DNA from: Spirochaetaceae bacterium
Lineage (GTDB): Bacteria; Spirochaetota; Spirochaetia; DSM-2461
DNA: 64,000 bases
Direction of reading: 5' to 3'
NCBI GenBank assembly: GCA_965224705.1
Contig: OZ245056.1
Location: 2,784,001 to 2,848,000, forward strand
How positions within the stretch are numbered: position 1 is the first letter of the stretch; each line of letters opens with the position of its first letter. Below are positions 10,841 to 20,400 of this stretch, in pieces. A program made the translations under genes and the position numbers. Below the pieces are notes generated by a model. It made no database searches and was not told the DNA's origin. It saw only the letters and a program-made list of their open reading frames with translations.

Positions 10841-11320
10841 ATGGGCAGCAGTAAAAAAAAGAAGAAAAAAACTCCGGGCTTACTGGCTGAAAACAGAAAG
10901 GCAAGATTCCTCTACACTATTGAAGACAGACTGGAATGCGGAATAGAACTGGTGGGCACTGAAGTCAAATCCATAAAAAAGGCTGATTTCAGTTTTTCTG
11001 ATTCCTATGTAGAAATAGAAAGCGGAGAGCTGTGGATGAGAAACTTTCATGTAACTCCCTACAGCCTCGCCGGAGTTTTCAACCACAGGGCTGAAAGACC
11101 TCGCCGCCTGCTTGCCCATAAGAAAGAAATTATAAAACTGGATCGCCGTGTCACCGAAAAAGGCTGTACACTTATCCCATTAAAATTCTACATCAGCAAG
11201 GGTTATGTCAAGGTAGAAGTGGGTCTATGCCGCGGTAAAAAGATGCACGATAAGAGAAAGACCATTCAGCTTCGGGATAATCAGCGGGATTTAGAAAGAG
11301 AGCATAAATATAAAACTTGA
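10841..11320 (+). CDS. smpB: SsrA-binding protein SmpB
   Basis: ENRKARFLY, GIELVGTEVKS, RRLLAHKKEI and GKKMHDKR motifs. Confidence 0.97.
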   Translation: MGSSKKKKKKTPGLLAENRKARFLYTIEDRLECGIELVGTEVKSIKKADFSFSDSYVEIESGELWMRNFHVTPYSLAGVFNHRAERPRRLLAHKKEIIKLDRRVTEKGCTLIPLKFYISKGYVKVEVGLCRGKKMHDKRKTIQLRDNQRDLEREHKYKT

Positions 11321-11346
11321 CAAACACATGTAATTCAATGTATACT
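11317..11346 (+). promoter_or_regulatory. Sigma70-type promoter, probably for ssrA
   Basis: TTGACA (11317-22), 18-bp spacer, TATACT (11341-46). Confidence 0.6.
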
Positions 11347-11363
11347 TCCTATCAGCATTCTGG

Positions 11364-11386
11364 GAGTCTTAAAGTCCGACAGGCTC
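11364..11386 (+). mobile_element. Collapsed MITE remnant (truncated left TIR plus right TIR), in tandem with copy A
   Basis: GAGTCTT-A-AAGTCCGACAGGCTC followed by CCAG. Confidence 0.6.
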
Positions 11387-11390
11387 CCAG

Positions 11391-11677
11391 GAGTCTGTCG
11401 GACTTTGAGACTTCGAGGTGATTTCTGATGATTTTTTTCCGATACAAGGCGGCAAAAGCGGAGCGTAGCTGGGCTACGTGAGCATTTTGACAACGCGGTA
11501 GCAGGGGAGGCGAGTCGTAGACTCGGCTCCCGAAGAGAGCGCTGAGCGATAGCGAAGAAAAGCCGCCATGGAGGGCGGCGAAAGCGAACGAAGGCGGCTC
11601 TCCAGGAGCAAGCAGGAGGCTTGCTCCTGGAGAGAAAGGGCAGAAATCGAGCCGTGAGGCGTAAGTCCGACAGACTC
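11391..11677 (+). mobile_element. MITE copy A (287 bp, with a ~126-bp internal hairpin insert)
   Basis: Perfect 15-bp TIR GAGTCTGTCGGACTT/AAGTCCGACAGACTC and a CCAG direct repeat at 11387-90 and 11678-81. The body matches the copies at 29093, 51295 and 60696. Confidence 0.85.
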
Positions 11678-11680
11678 CCA

Positions 11681-12109
11681 GGGGGTGCACTGGTTTCGAC
11701 GGGAGGTTTACGTAGGTTATACCGCAGGTGGAGCGCCAACTCCTAAAACTAGCGCACAACTTTAAGTGCCAGAAAAAAAGAAGATGAGATTGTTGTCGAG
11801 TTCGATGACACTCTCGCCCTGGCTGCTTAGAATAGCAGTCACGAATCTCCGTTACGCTGTTCCGAGGAACGGATGCTTCGTCATAAACCGGAACTCACTT
11901 ACATAATTGCCTGAAATTGTGTGAGGAATACTTTCGCCTGTTCATTGAACTCCTTGCTTAAACTTTGCGAACGTTGAGGTAGAAAATCACGGGATAAGGC
12001 TCGGTTGGTTGTCAAATACCATTCCAAGCACGAAAATTAATTTTTGACTAAACCTGTAGAAGTATATCAGACGCCCAACCGGACGGGGGTTCGATTCCCC
12101 CCACCTCCA
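11681..12109 (+). ncRNA. ssrA: tmRNA (tag peptide ARKKEDEIVVEFDDTLALAA*, 11768-11830)
   Basis: 5' GGGGGTGCACTGGTTTCGAC and 3' GGGGTTCGATTCCCCCCACCTCCA form an acceptor stem with G3:U. The tag ends in ALAA-stop, and the gene is next to smpB. Confidence 0.95.
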
Positions 12110-12116
12110 GGCATAA

Positions 12117-12146
12117 AAAGGTGAACTGATCTCAGTTCACCTTTCT
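12117..12146 (+). terminator. Intrinsic terminator after ssrA
   Basis: AAAGGTGAACTGA-TC-TCAGTTCACCTTT hairpin. Confidence 0.75.
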
Positions 12147-12445
12147 GGATCTTCAGACTATTGTGTGGATTTCATGGAAGTATTCAACTGTTGACATGGA
12201 AGCTCTTCAATCCTCCTGGCATCCCAGGTGATTTTTCTGTACCGGCCCCTGGAAGTACTGAAAATCATGCGCAAAGACGAGCCAGAAGAAGTAAAAAGAT
12301 CCAGTATCCACCGCTGTGCTGACGTGGTTTCGGTGAAGACCGCCCATAGCAATTGGAGCACTTAACTCTTACCAGAGTCCCCATCTCCTCCATGACTTTC
12401 GCCACAGTAAAAAACGATTCTACCGCTTCTTGTTTTCATCTTTTT

Positions 12446-13608
12446 TTAAGGCGAAGGCTTTCGATTATCGAAAACAACTTTGGAAAAAATCAAGATCATA
12501 AGAATAAAAGTAATAGAAGCAAGCAGAAGAAAAACAAAATTTACACTAAGTGATGATGTAACAAGTAGAAGAATAAATCTCACAAAGTTGGAAAGTAAAG
12601 AATTGAAGGATAATAATGACGATCTGGATTCATCACTTTTTATACAGTCATTTAAAATTGCTGTAAAGAATGGTGCTGCAAAGCCCCAGATGAATCGAAA
12701 AAGACACAATAAAGAAAATGAAACAAATATGTTATTGGAAAAGGAAAGCATGGCAAATGTGCCTGCTAACAGAAAAAGCATAATAATCAGAGTGTTAGTC
12801 TTGCTTGAACAGAGCTTGCTTTTGATAGCAGATGGATAAGCTTTTGAGCTAAAAAAAGCAAAAACAGTTATAAAAAAATAAAGGAATCCATTTTTATCGG
12901 AGGCATATCCTCTTTCATTCAAATAGATCTGAATAACAAAAAAACCTGAAACAACAGCAACATTGAATATTACAGAATGTCCCATCCAATAAAGGAGTTT
13001 TGTATTTGTAAAAACTTCCTTAAAAAACTTTTCAATGACAATCCCTATCCCTGATTCATTCGGAGTATAAATGATTTTTGGGAGGGTTAAAACCCAAATA
13101 AAGGAAATAATATTGATAATTAAAGTTGCATAAAATACATACAATAAGCTTATCTGTGCAACATAAGTGCTTAATACAGAAGCGAGTGCAATACTTAGCC
13201 ATTCTGCTGAAACAGTACTACTTAAAATCTTATTATAATCAAGTTTATTCTCAGAAACAACTTTATATAAATAAGCATCATAACTACCCGAAAATAAACT
13301 CTGGGAAATTGCAAAAATAATTTCTCCAACTAAAAAAAAGTTATACTTACCCTGTAGCATGAAGAGTGTCGAAAGACACAGAAGAAATGATGATAGTATT
13401 ATAGTTTTTTTTCTCCAAATTTATCAGCAAAAAATCCCGCAGGGAGCTCAAAAAGAAAGATGGTCAAGGAGTATACAGCAAATACTTTCATGATAGAAGC
13501 CGGGTTGGAATCAGCATATGATTTTAGGAATAAGGCAATAAAAGGAGTGTAAAGAGTGAACCTGTTGAGAAAACTAAAAATACAAAAAGAATGCGTATTC
13601 ATTTTCAT
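12446..13608 (-). pseudogene. MFS transporter split by a frameshift in an A8 tract
   Basis: ORF 13399-13608 (FELPAGFFADKFGEKK, MFS motif A) continues as ORF 12446-13360 if the T8 run at 13405-13412 had 9 nt. The gene is visibly AT-rich. Confidence 0.8.
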
Positions 13609-13760
13609 AAAATTTAACCATTTTAATTGTTTCTGATAAATCAGACAAGAGAAAACTGCTTAGAGCTGCCCGTGGGCGCATGGGCGCACCCACATTTTGG
13701 GCAAAACGCCCAAAAATGGAGAAATAGTCTTACTTTAGTCCGGGTTTTTTCGTCTCTATA

Positions 13761-13840
13761 GCATAAACAGATTGGTCAACATTTATCTTGAACACTCTGC
13801 GCTCTCTGCGTCCTCTGCGGTTAAAAACCTATGAATAAGG
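13761..13840 (-). repeat. Inverted copy of the 9-bp-periodic (CGCAGA) repeat unit found at 16676-16937
   Basis: Its reverse complement CCTTATTCATAGGTTTTTAACCGCAGAGGACGCAGAGAGCGCAGAGTGTTC...CCAATC matches 16795-16865. Confidence 0.85.
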
Positions 13841-13960
13841 CTTTGAAGAACACTCTGGCTAGTGGATTTTAGATGCGATTGCCCTGGCTCAATCACAGAT
13901 CGCGCTTGCATATTTCCCTCATTTTTCGAACAATGGGAGAATATTCCCTGGAGAAATGCC

Positions 13961-16630
13961 ATGGCAGTAAAGGAAAACAAGACTGTTTCGCTTAAAGACA
14001 AATTATCCCGGCTCACTTACAAACAGGTGTGCAGGCTCCTTGGTTCAAATGCAGACAAGCTGCTCGCCAGGGGTGGTCAATTCGACATCAACATCCAGGA
14101 TCATGTCGTTCTGACCAATACTCAATTTCAATTGCGGCTGCCCGATGCGCTGGCAGCCATTCGCTTGAGTGATACAGGAAAACAGCGATTGCTGTTTGAA
14201 TGCGATAAATGTGGGGATCCTGTGTGCGTCCATACAGGCGCCGCGTTTTCGCTTCTTCTGGAGGAAAAAATTGCGCTGGGCTTGTCAATGGAACGTCCGC
14301 AGAAAAAACCGATTGGGGCTATGACCGACGAAGAAGTTGTGGCCATGGCCATGGCTGACCGCAAGCTGCGGGCCGAACAGGAAAACATGGAAATACAGTC
14401 GAGTGACAATAGCCGCATCTGGACCAATTACCTGGTAACTAACCGTTCCACCGGACGCTCCTACCGGGTTGCCCTGCGCGGGTGGAAACCGGGAGAATCC
14501 TACTGTTCCTGTCCGGATTTCCGAAAGAATACACTGGGTACGTGCAAGCATATCATCCGTGTTGAACAAGAAGCAGCCAAACAGTTTCCGGCTGAAGTCA
14601 GAGATAAGCCCTACCAGCGCAACGGCTTTGCGGTTCATCTGCGCTACGGAGAAAATCTGGAACTCCGATTCCTGGCTCCGGACGGACTTGCCGGACAGGA
14701 AGCCGACATCGCAGGCCAATTGGAGAAAGACCTTTCGGCAGACGTGCACAGACTGCTTCGCTGTGTACAGCAGCTTGAAGCTATGGGACATTCGGTCAAC
14801 ATCTATCCCGATGCCGAAGAATACATGGAAACCGCGCTGTTCAAGGAACACATCAACCGTATAATACTGGAAATCCGGAAGGACCCGGCATCCCATACGC
14901 TTCGCAAAACCCTGCTCAATGTCGAGTTACTGCCCTATCAGATGGACGGCATTGCCTTTGCCGCCGGCGCGGGAAGAGCCATTTTGGCTGACGACATGGG
15001 ACTGGGCAAAACCATACAGGGCATTGGAGTGGCGGAGCTGCTGGCCAGGGAAGGCGTGGTTTCCAAAGCGCTGGTCATCTGTCCGGCATCACTTAAATCG
15101 CAATGGTGTAACGAAATAAAACAGTTTTGCCAGCGGAGCGTCTCGGTCGTGCTTGGCACTGCCGCTGAACGTGCCGCCATGTACAATTCCGACACATTCT
15201 TTACCGTCTGCAACTATGAACAGGTGCTTCGCGACATTTCATCCATTGAACTTGTCAAATGGGATCTTGTCATCCTGGACGAAGGTCAGCGCATCAAGAA
15301 CTGGGAAGCCAAAACCACCCAGACCATAAAAAGCCTGGCATCGACATTTGCCCTGGTGCTTACCGGAACACCCCTGGAAAACCGGCTGGATGATCTTTTC
15401 TCCATCGTGGAATTCATTGATGATCGCCGACTTGGACCGGCATTCCGGTTTTTCAACCGCCACCGGATAGTCAGTGAAAAGGGACGAATCGAAGGTTATC
15501 GCGATCTGTCGGATTTACGGGAAAAACTGAAGCCTGTCATGCTCAGACGCACTCGGGCAAGCGTCATGCAGGAACTCCCGCCGCGCACCACGGAAATTGT
15601 CCGCATTGAACCCACCGAAGAACAGTGCGAATTGGATTGGAATTACAAAAAGCGCATAAGCAGGATAGTCAGGAAGCCGTATCTGACGGAAATGGATCTT
15701 TTGCGGCTGCAAAAATACCTTCTCGCGGCACGCATGGCGGCTGACAGCACATTTCTCGTAGACAAGCAGCCGCCCGGATTTTCAAGCAAACTGGAGCAGA
15801 TGGATATGCTTTTGGGAAGAATTGCAGCCGAAGAAGCCCGGAAAACCATCATTTTTTCCGAGTGGACAACCATGCTCAATCTTATTGAACCGCTTCTTGA
15901 AAAACACGAACTAAGATACGTCCGACTGGATGGATCGGTACCCCAGAAGCAGCGTCAGGGACTAATCCGCGAGTTTTCAGACAATGCGGACTGCCGTGTC
16001 TTTCTTGCCTCCAACGCCGGATCAACCGGACTCAATTTGCAGGCCGCCGACACCATTATCAATGTGGATCTGCCATGGAATCCCGCCCTGCTTGAACAGC
16101 GCATAGGCCGTGCACACCGGATGGGACAGAAGAATAATGTTCATGTTTTCGTTCTGGTCACCGCCGGAACCATTGAAGAGAACATGCTGGGAACACTATC
16201 GGCCAAGCAGACACTGTTTACAGCCGCCATGGATATGGAATCCGACATGGAAAGGGTTACCCTTGAAAGCGGCGTGGAAGAACTGAAGCGGCGGCTGGAA
16301 TTGCTGCTGGGCACCAGCCCGGATATGCCGATTGACCAAAGCCAGCGGGAACGAGTGAAACAGGAAATCGCAGGCGGGGATCGGCGGGAACGCATAGCCG
16401 CCGCGGGGGGAGAGCTTTTCAATGCCGCATTTACACTGCTGAGCGAGATGATCCCCGAAGTAAAGGAAACAGAGGAAACGCGCAAAATGTCCGAGCAATT
16501 CAAAAACGGACTGCTGAGTTGCATGGAACAAGACGACCAGGGCCGCCCCAGGATAACAATTACCATGCCGGATGCGGCGGCCATTGAAAAACTGTCCAAA
16601 ACCCTATCCCGTCTTTTTGCCTCGTCATAG
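13961..16630 (+). CDS. SWIM zinc finger SNF2-family helicase/ATPase
   Basis: YCSCPDF...CKH SWIM motif, LADDMGLGKT, ILDEGQRIKN, LTGTPLEN, GLNLQAA and QRIGRAHRMGQ. Likely start is ATG 13961 after GGAGA. Confidence 0.92.
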   Translation: MAVKENKTVSLKDKLSRLTYKQVCRLLGSNADKLLARGGQFDINIQDHVVLTNTQFQLRLPDALAAIRLSDTGKQRLLFECDKCGDPVCVHTGAAFSLLLEEKIALGLSMERPQKKPIGAMTDEEVVAMAMADRKLRAEQENMEIQSSDNSRIWTNYLVTNRSTGRSYRVALRGWKPGESYCSCPDFRKNTLGTCKHIIRVEQEAAKQFPAEVRDKPYQRNGFAVHLRYGENLELRFLAPDGLAGQEADIAGQLEKDLSADVHRLLRCVQQLEAMGHSVNIYPDAEEYMETALFKEHINRIILEIRKDPASHTLRKTLLNVELLPYQMDGIAFAAGAGRAILADDMGLGKTIQGIGVAELLAREGVVSKALVICPASLKSQWCNEIKQFCQRSVSVVLGTAAERAAMYNSDTFFTVCNYEQVLRDISSIELVKWDLVILDEGQRIKNWEAKTTQTIKSLASTFALVLTGTPLENRLDDLFSIVEFIDDRRLGPAFRFFNRHRIVSEKGRIEGYRDLSDLREKLKPVMLRRTRASVMQELPPRTTEIVRIEPTEEQCELDWNYKKRISRIVRKPYLTEMDLLRLQKYLLAARMAADSTFLVDKQPPGFSSKLEQMDMLLGRIAAEEARKTIIFSEWTTMLNLIEPLLEKHELRYVRLDGSVPQKQRQGLIREFSDNADCRVFLASNAGSTGLNLQAADTIINVDLPWNPALLEQRIGRAHRMGQKNNVHVFVLVTAGTIEENMLGTLSAKQTLFTAAMDMESDMERVTLESGVEELKRRLELLLGTSPDMPIDQSQRERVKQEIAGGDRRERIAAAGGELFNAAFTLLSEMIPEVKETEETRKMSEQFKNGLLSCMEQDDQGRPRITITMPDAAAIEKLSKTLSRLFASS

Positions 16631-16675
16631 AAACTGTGCGAAACCGAAATGGGTGCGGTTTGTAACCCTCTTAAT

Positions 16676-16937
16676 GTTTTTTTAACCGCAGAGGGCGCAG
16701 AGAGCGCAGAGTGCGCAGAGTGTTCAGGGTAATTGTTTACCAATCTTTTTATGCCTTATGTCTCTGCGTATCTCCGCGATCTCTGCGGTTTTTACCTTAT
16801 TCATGGTTTTTAACCGCAGAGGGCGCAGAGAGCGCAGAGTGTTCGGGGTAATTGTTTACCAATCTTTTTATTCCTTTATGTCTCTGCGTATCTCCGCGAT
16901 CTCTGCGGTTTTTACCTTATTCATGGTTTTTAACCGC
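16676..16937 (+). repeat. Tandem 120-bp palindromic units (two full plus a partial third)
   Basis: 16801 and 16921 both begin TCATGGTTTTTAACCGC. Each unit has the arms AACCGCAGAGGGCGCAGAGAGCGCAGAG and CTCTGCGTATCTCCGCGATCTCTGCGGTT. Confidence 0.9.
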
Positions 16938-17453
16938 TTCTTCCCAAGCGGCTCTACGTCAAAGGGTATGATAAGATATTTTAAGTTTTACGACAGTGAA
17001 CGATTTTACCAATCGCATGACTACACCAGATATGATGTACAAATCCTTTTTTTGTATGGGAAAAGACGAAAACGTGGTTGTAAGGAGATACACCTTAGAC
17101 TTTTTGAAAAATTTTCTTGACGAAAGGGCTCACTTCACGAAACGAGTCAGAATCACACTTCTTCCGTGAGGCTTTTCTATACCGCACAGCCTCATCTCTT
17201 GCTAATTCCCATCTGGTTTTCATTGTCAACCTCATAACTCGACCTCTTACCTCAAAGGTCGTTCGAGTAGATTTTAGTTATGAGGCAATTCGAAGGCTTG
17301 ACGGAATGGTCTTTCCTGCCGATACTGCAACAGGGAATGCTTAGGAGCGATATTTTTCTTCCTGATTGAGACATCTTCTGATGCTTCCCTGGATACATTG
17401 TCGAGAGTTTCTGAATTAGCTCTTGTTCATTATTCGATTAAGGAGGAACCTTT

Positions 17454-20400
17454 ATGAAAATTCAACGCATTATCTCTGCAGTGCTTACAATTCTTATTCT
17501 AATTGTTCTAATTGGATGTCCGACGCCAATTACTGATCCAACCGATGCAGAACTGGTGGCGGCCGCCAAAGCTGCACTGGATATCGGTTATGGAGGAAGT
17601 GATAACGCCAATAGTGTAACTCAGGACCTAACCTTGCCAACTACTGGCACTGAAGGAACGACCATTAAGTGGAGCAGTGATAACACGGCTGTTATTACCG
17701 ATGCAGGAGAGGTTACCCGCCCGGCCAGCAGCGCTGGCAATGCTGCAGTGAAGCTGACAGCAACCATTTCAAAAGGAGGCGAAAGTGACACAAAGGAATT
17801 CAGCCTCACGGTTCTGAAAGAAGAGACAACAGGGCCCACCGATGCAGATTTGGTGGCTGCAGCTAAAGCTGCTCTGGCAATCACTTATGAAAGCGGTGAT
17901 AGCAATATTGGCGTAACTCAGGACCTAACCTTGCCAACCACCGTGACAGCCGCTCCCGGCGTGACCATTACGTGGAGCAGTGACAACACGGCTGTTATTA
18001 CCGATGCAGGAGCGGTTACCCGCCCGGCCAGCAGCGCTGGCAATGCTGCAGTGAAGCTGACAGCAACCATTGAAAAAGGAGACGAAACTGACACAAAGGA
18101 ATTCAGTCTCACGGTTCTGGCAGAAGGGGCAGCAGGTCCCACAGATGCACAGTTGGTGGCTGCAGCCAAAGCAGCTCTGGTTATCACGGATATTACCTTT
18201 GCCTCGGGTGAAGATAAAGATAGCGTAACTCAGGACGTAACCTTGCCAGACGCTGGCGATGGAGGGACAACTATTGCATGGAGCAGTGACAACGCGGCTA
18301 TTGCCGTAGCAGGAACGACTGGAACGGTTGCCCGTCCAAGTGCCTCTTCCAGTGATGCCACAGTTACCCTGACAGCAACCATTTCAAAAGAAAGCGCATC
18401 TGACACAAAGACCTTCGACCTCACCGTGCTCAAGGAGGAACCAACAGACATTGGAACACTCGGCAACTTCAGCATTGATGTGGATGACACAACAGCAAAG
18501 ACAAACACCGAGAGTTCTCACAGCGTGACGGTAAATGGCGATCTCAGTTCGGGAAGCGACTATACCCTTTCCATAACGGATCCCCTTAGCATTACGGATG
18601 CAGGGGTTATCACCATACCCGACAGCTACACCTCAATAGGAGCACATACGATAACCGTAACGGCTGCCGGTATCGGCAACTACTCCGGCACGAAAGAGGC
18701 CACCTTCACCCTTACGGTGGGTTATTCAGATGCAGAGTTGGTGGCGACAGCCAAAACTGATCTGGCTATCACCTATGGGGGAAGTGATAATGCAGGCAGC
18801 GTAACTCAAGATGTGACCTTGCCAACCACCGTGACCTCCGCTCCCGGCGTAAGCATCACATGGAGCAGTGACAACACGGCTATTAATGCCGCAACAGGAA
18901 CGGTTACCCGCCCAAGTGTCTCTTCCAGCAGTAATGCTTCAGTGACCCTGACAGCGACTATCACCAAGGGAGCCGCCACCGCCACAAAGACCTTCGACCT
19001 CACCGTGCTCAAGGAGGAACCAACAGACATTGGAACACTCACCAGCTTCACCATTGATGTGGATGACACAACAGCAAAGACAAACACCGAGAGTTCTCAC
19101 AGCGTAACGGTGAATGGCGGTCTTAGTCCGGGAAACGACTACACTCTTTCCATAACGGATCCCCTTAGCATCACGAATGCAGGAGCTATCTCCATACCCA
19201 ATACCTACGCCTCAAGTGATACATATACGATAACCGTAACGGCTGCCGGCATCGGCAACTACTCCGGTACGAAAGAGAAAACCTTCACCCTTACAGTAGT
19301 TCTTTCCGATGCCGATGCGGTGGCTGCAGCCAAAACAGCTCTGGTTATCACGGATATTACCTTTGCCTCAGGTGAAGATAAAGATAGCGTAACTCAGGAC
19401 GTAACCTTACCGACCTCAGGTGATGAAGGTACAACTATTGCATGGAGCAGTGACAACGCGGCTATTGCCGTAGCAGGAACGACTGGAACGGTTGCCCGCC
19501 CAAGTGCCTCTTCCAGTGATGCCACAGTTACCCTGACAGCAACCATTTCAAAAGGAAGCGCATCTGACACAAAGACCTTCGTCCTCACCGTGCTCAATGA
19601 GGAACCAATAGACATCGGAACACTCACCAGCTTTACCATTGATGTGGATGACACAACAGCAAAGACAAACACCGAGAGTTCTCACAGCGTGACGGTAAAT
19701 GGCGGTCTCACTGAGGGAAGCGACTACACTCTTTCCATAACGGATCCCCTTACCATAACGAATGCAGGAGCTATCACCATACCCGACAGCTACACCTCAA
19801 TAGGAGCACATACGATAACCGTAACGGCTGCCGGTATCGGCAACTACACCGGCACGAAAGAGGCCACCTTCACCCTTACGGTAGTTCTTTCAGATGCCGA
19901 TGCGGTGGCTGCAGCCAAAGCAGCTCTGGTTATCACGGATATTACCTTTGCCTCAGGTGAAGATAAAGATAGCGTAACTCAGGACGTAACCTTACCGACC
20001 TCAGGTGATGAAGGTACAGCTATTGCATGGAGCAGTGACAACACGGCTATTGATACAGCAGGAGCGGTCACCCGCCCAAGCGCCTCTTCCAGTGATGCCA
20101 CAGTGACCCTGACAGCGACTATCACTAAGGGAACTGCCACCGATACAAAGACCTTCACTCTCACTGTACTCAAGGAGGAACCAACAGACATCGGAACACT
20201 TGGCAGCTTCACCATTGATGTGGATGACGCAACAGTAGAGGCAGGCATTGCTGATACTCACAGCGTGACGGCGGTAAATGGCGGTCTCACGGCGGAAACC
20301 GACTACACCCTTTCCATAACGCCTCCCCTTACCATAACGAATGCAGGGGCTATCACCATACCCGCTAATGCCTACTCCGCAGCAGGTACACCTACGATAA

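Noticed and set aside
11335..11759. ORFs of 134 and 135 aa on the minus strand (similar ORFs at 28887, 51309 and 60421)
   Set aside because: They are translations of the MITE or tmRNA sequence.
12158..12440. Possible degraded small gene (MGTLVRVKCSNC...) after the ssrA terminator
   Set aside because: Short and interrupted; no family can be supported.
16676..16937. CRISPR array
   Set aside because: The units repeat in full with no unique spacers, and no cas genes are present.
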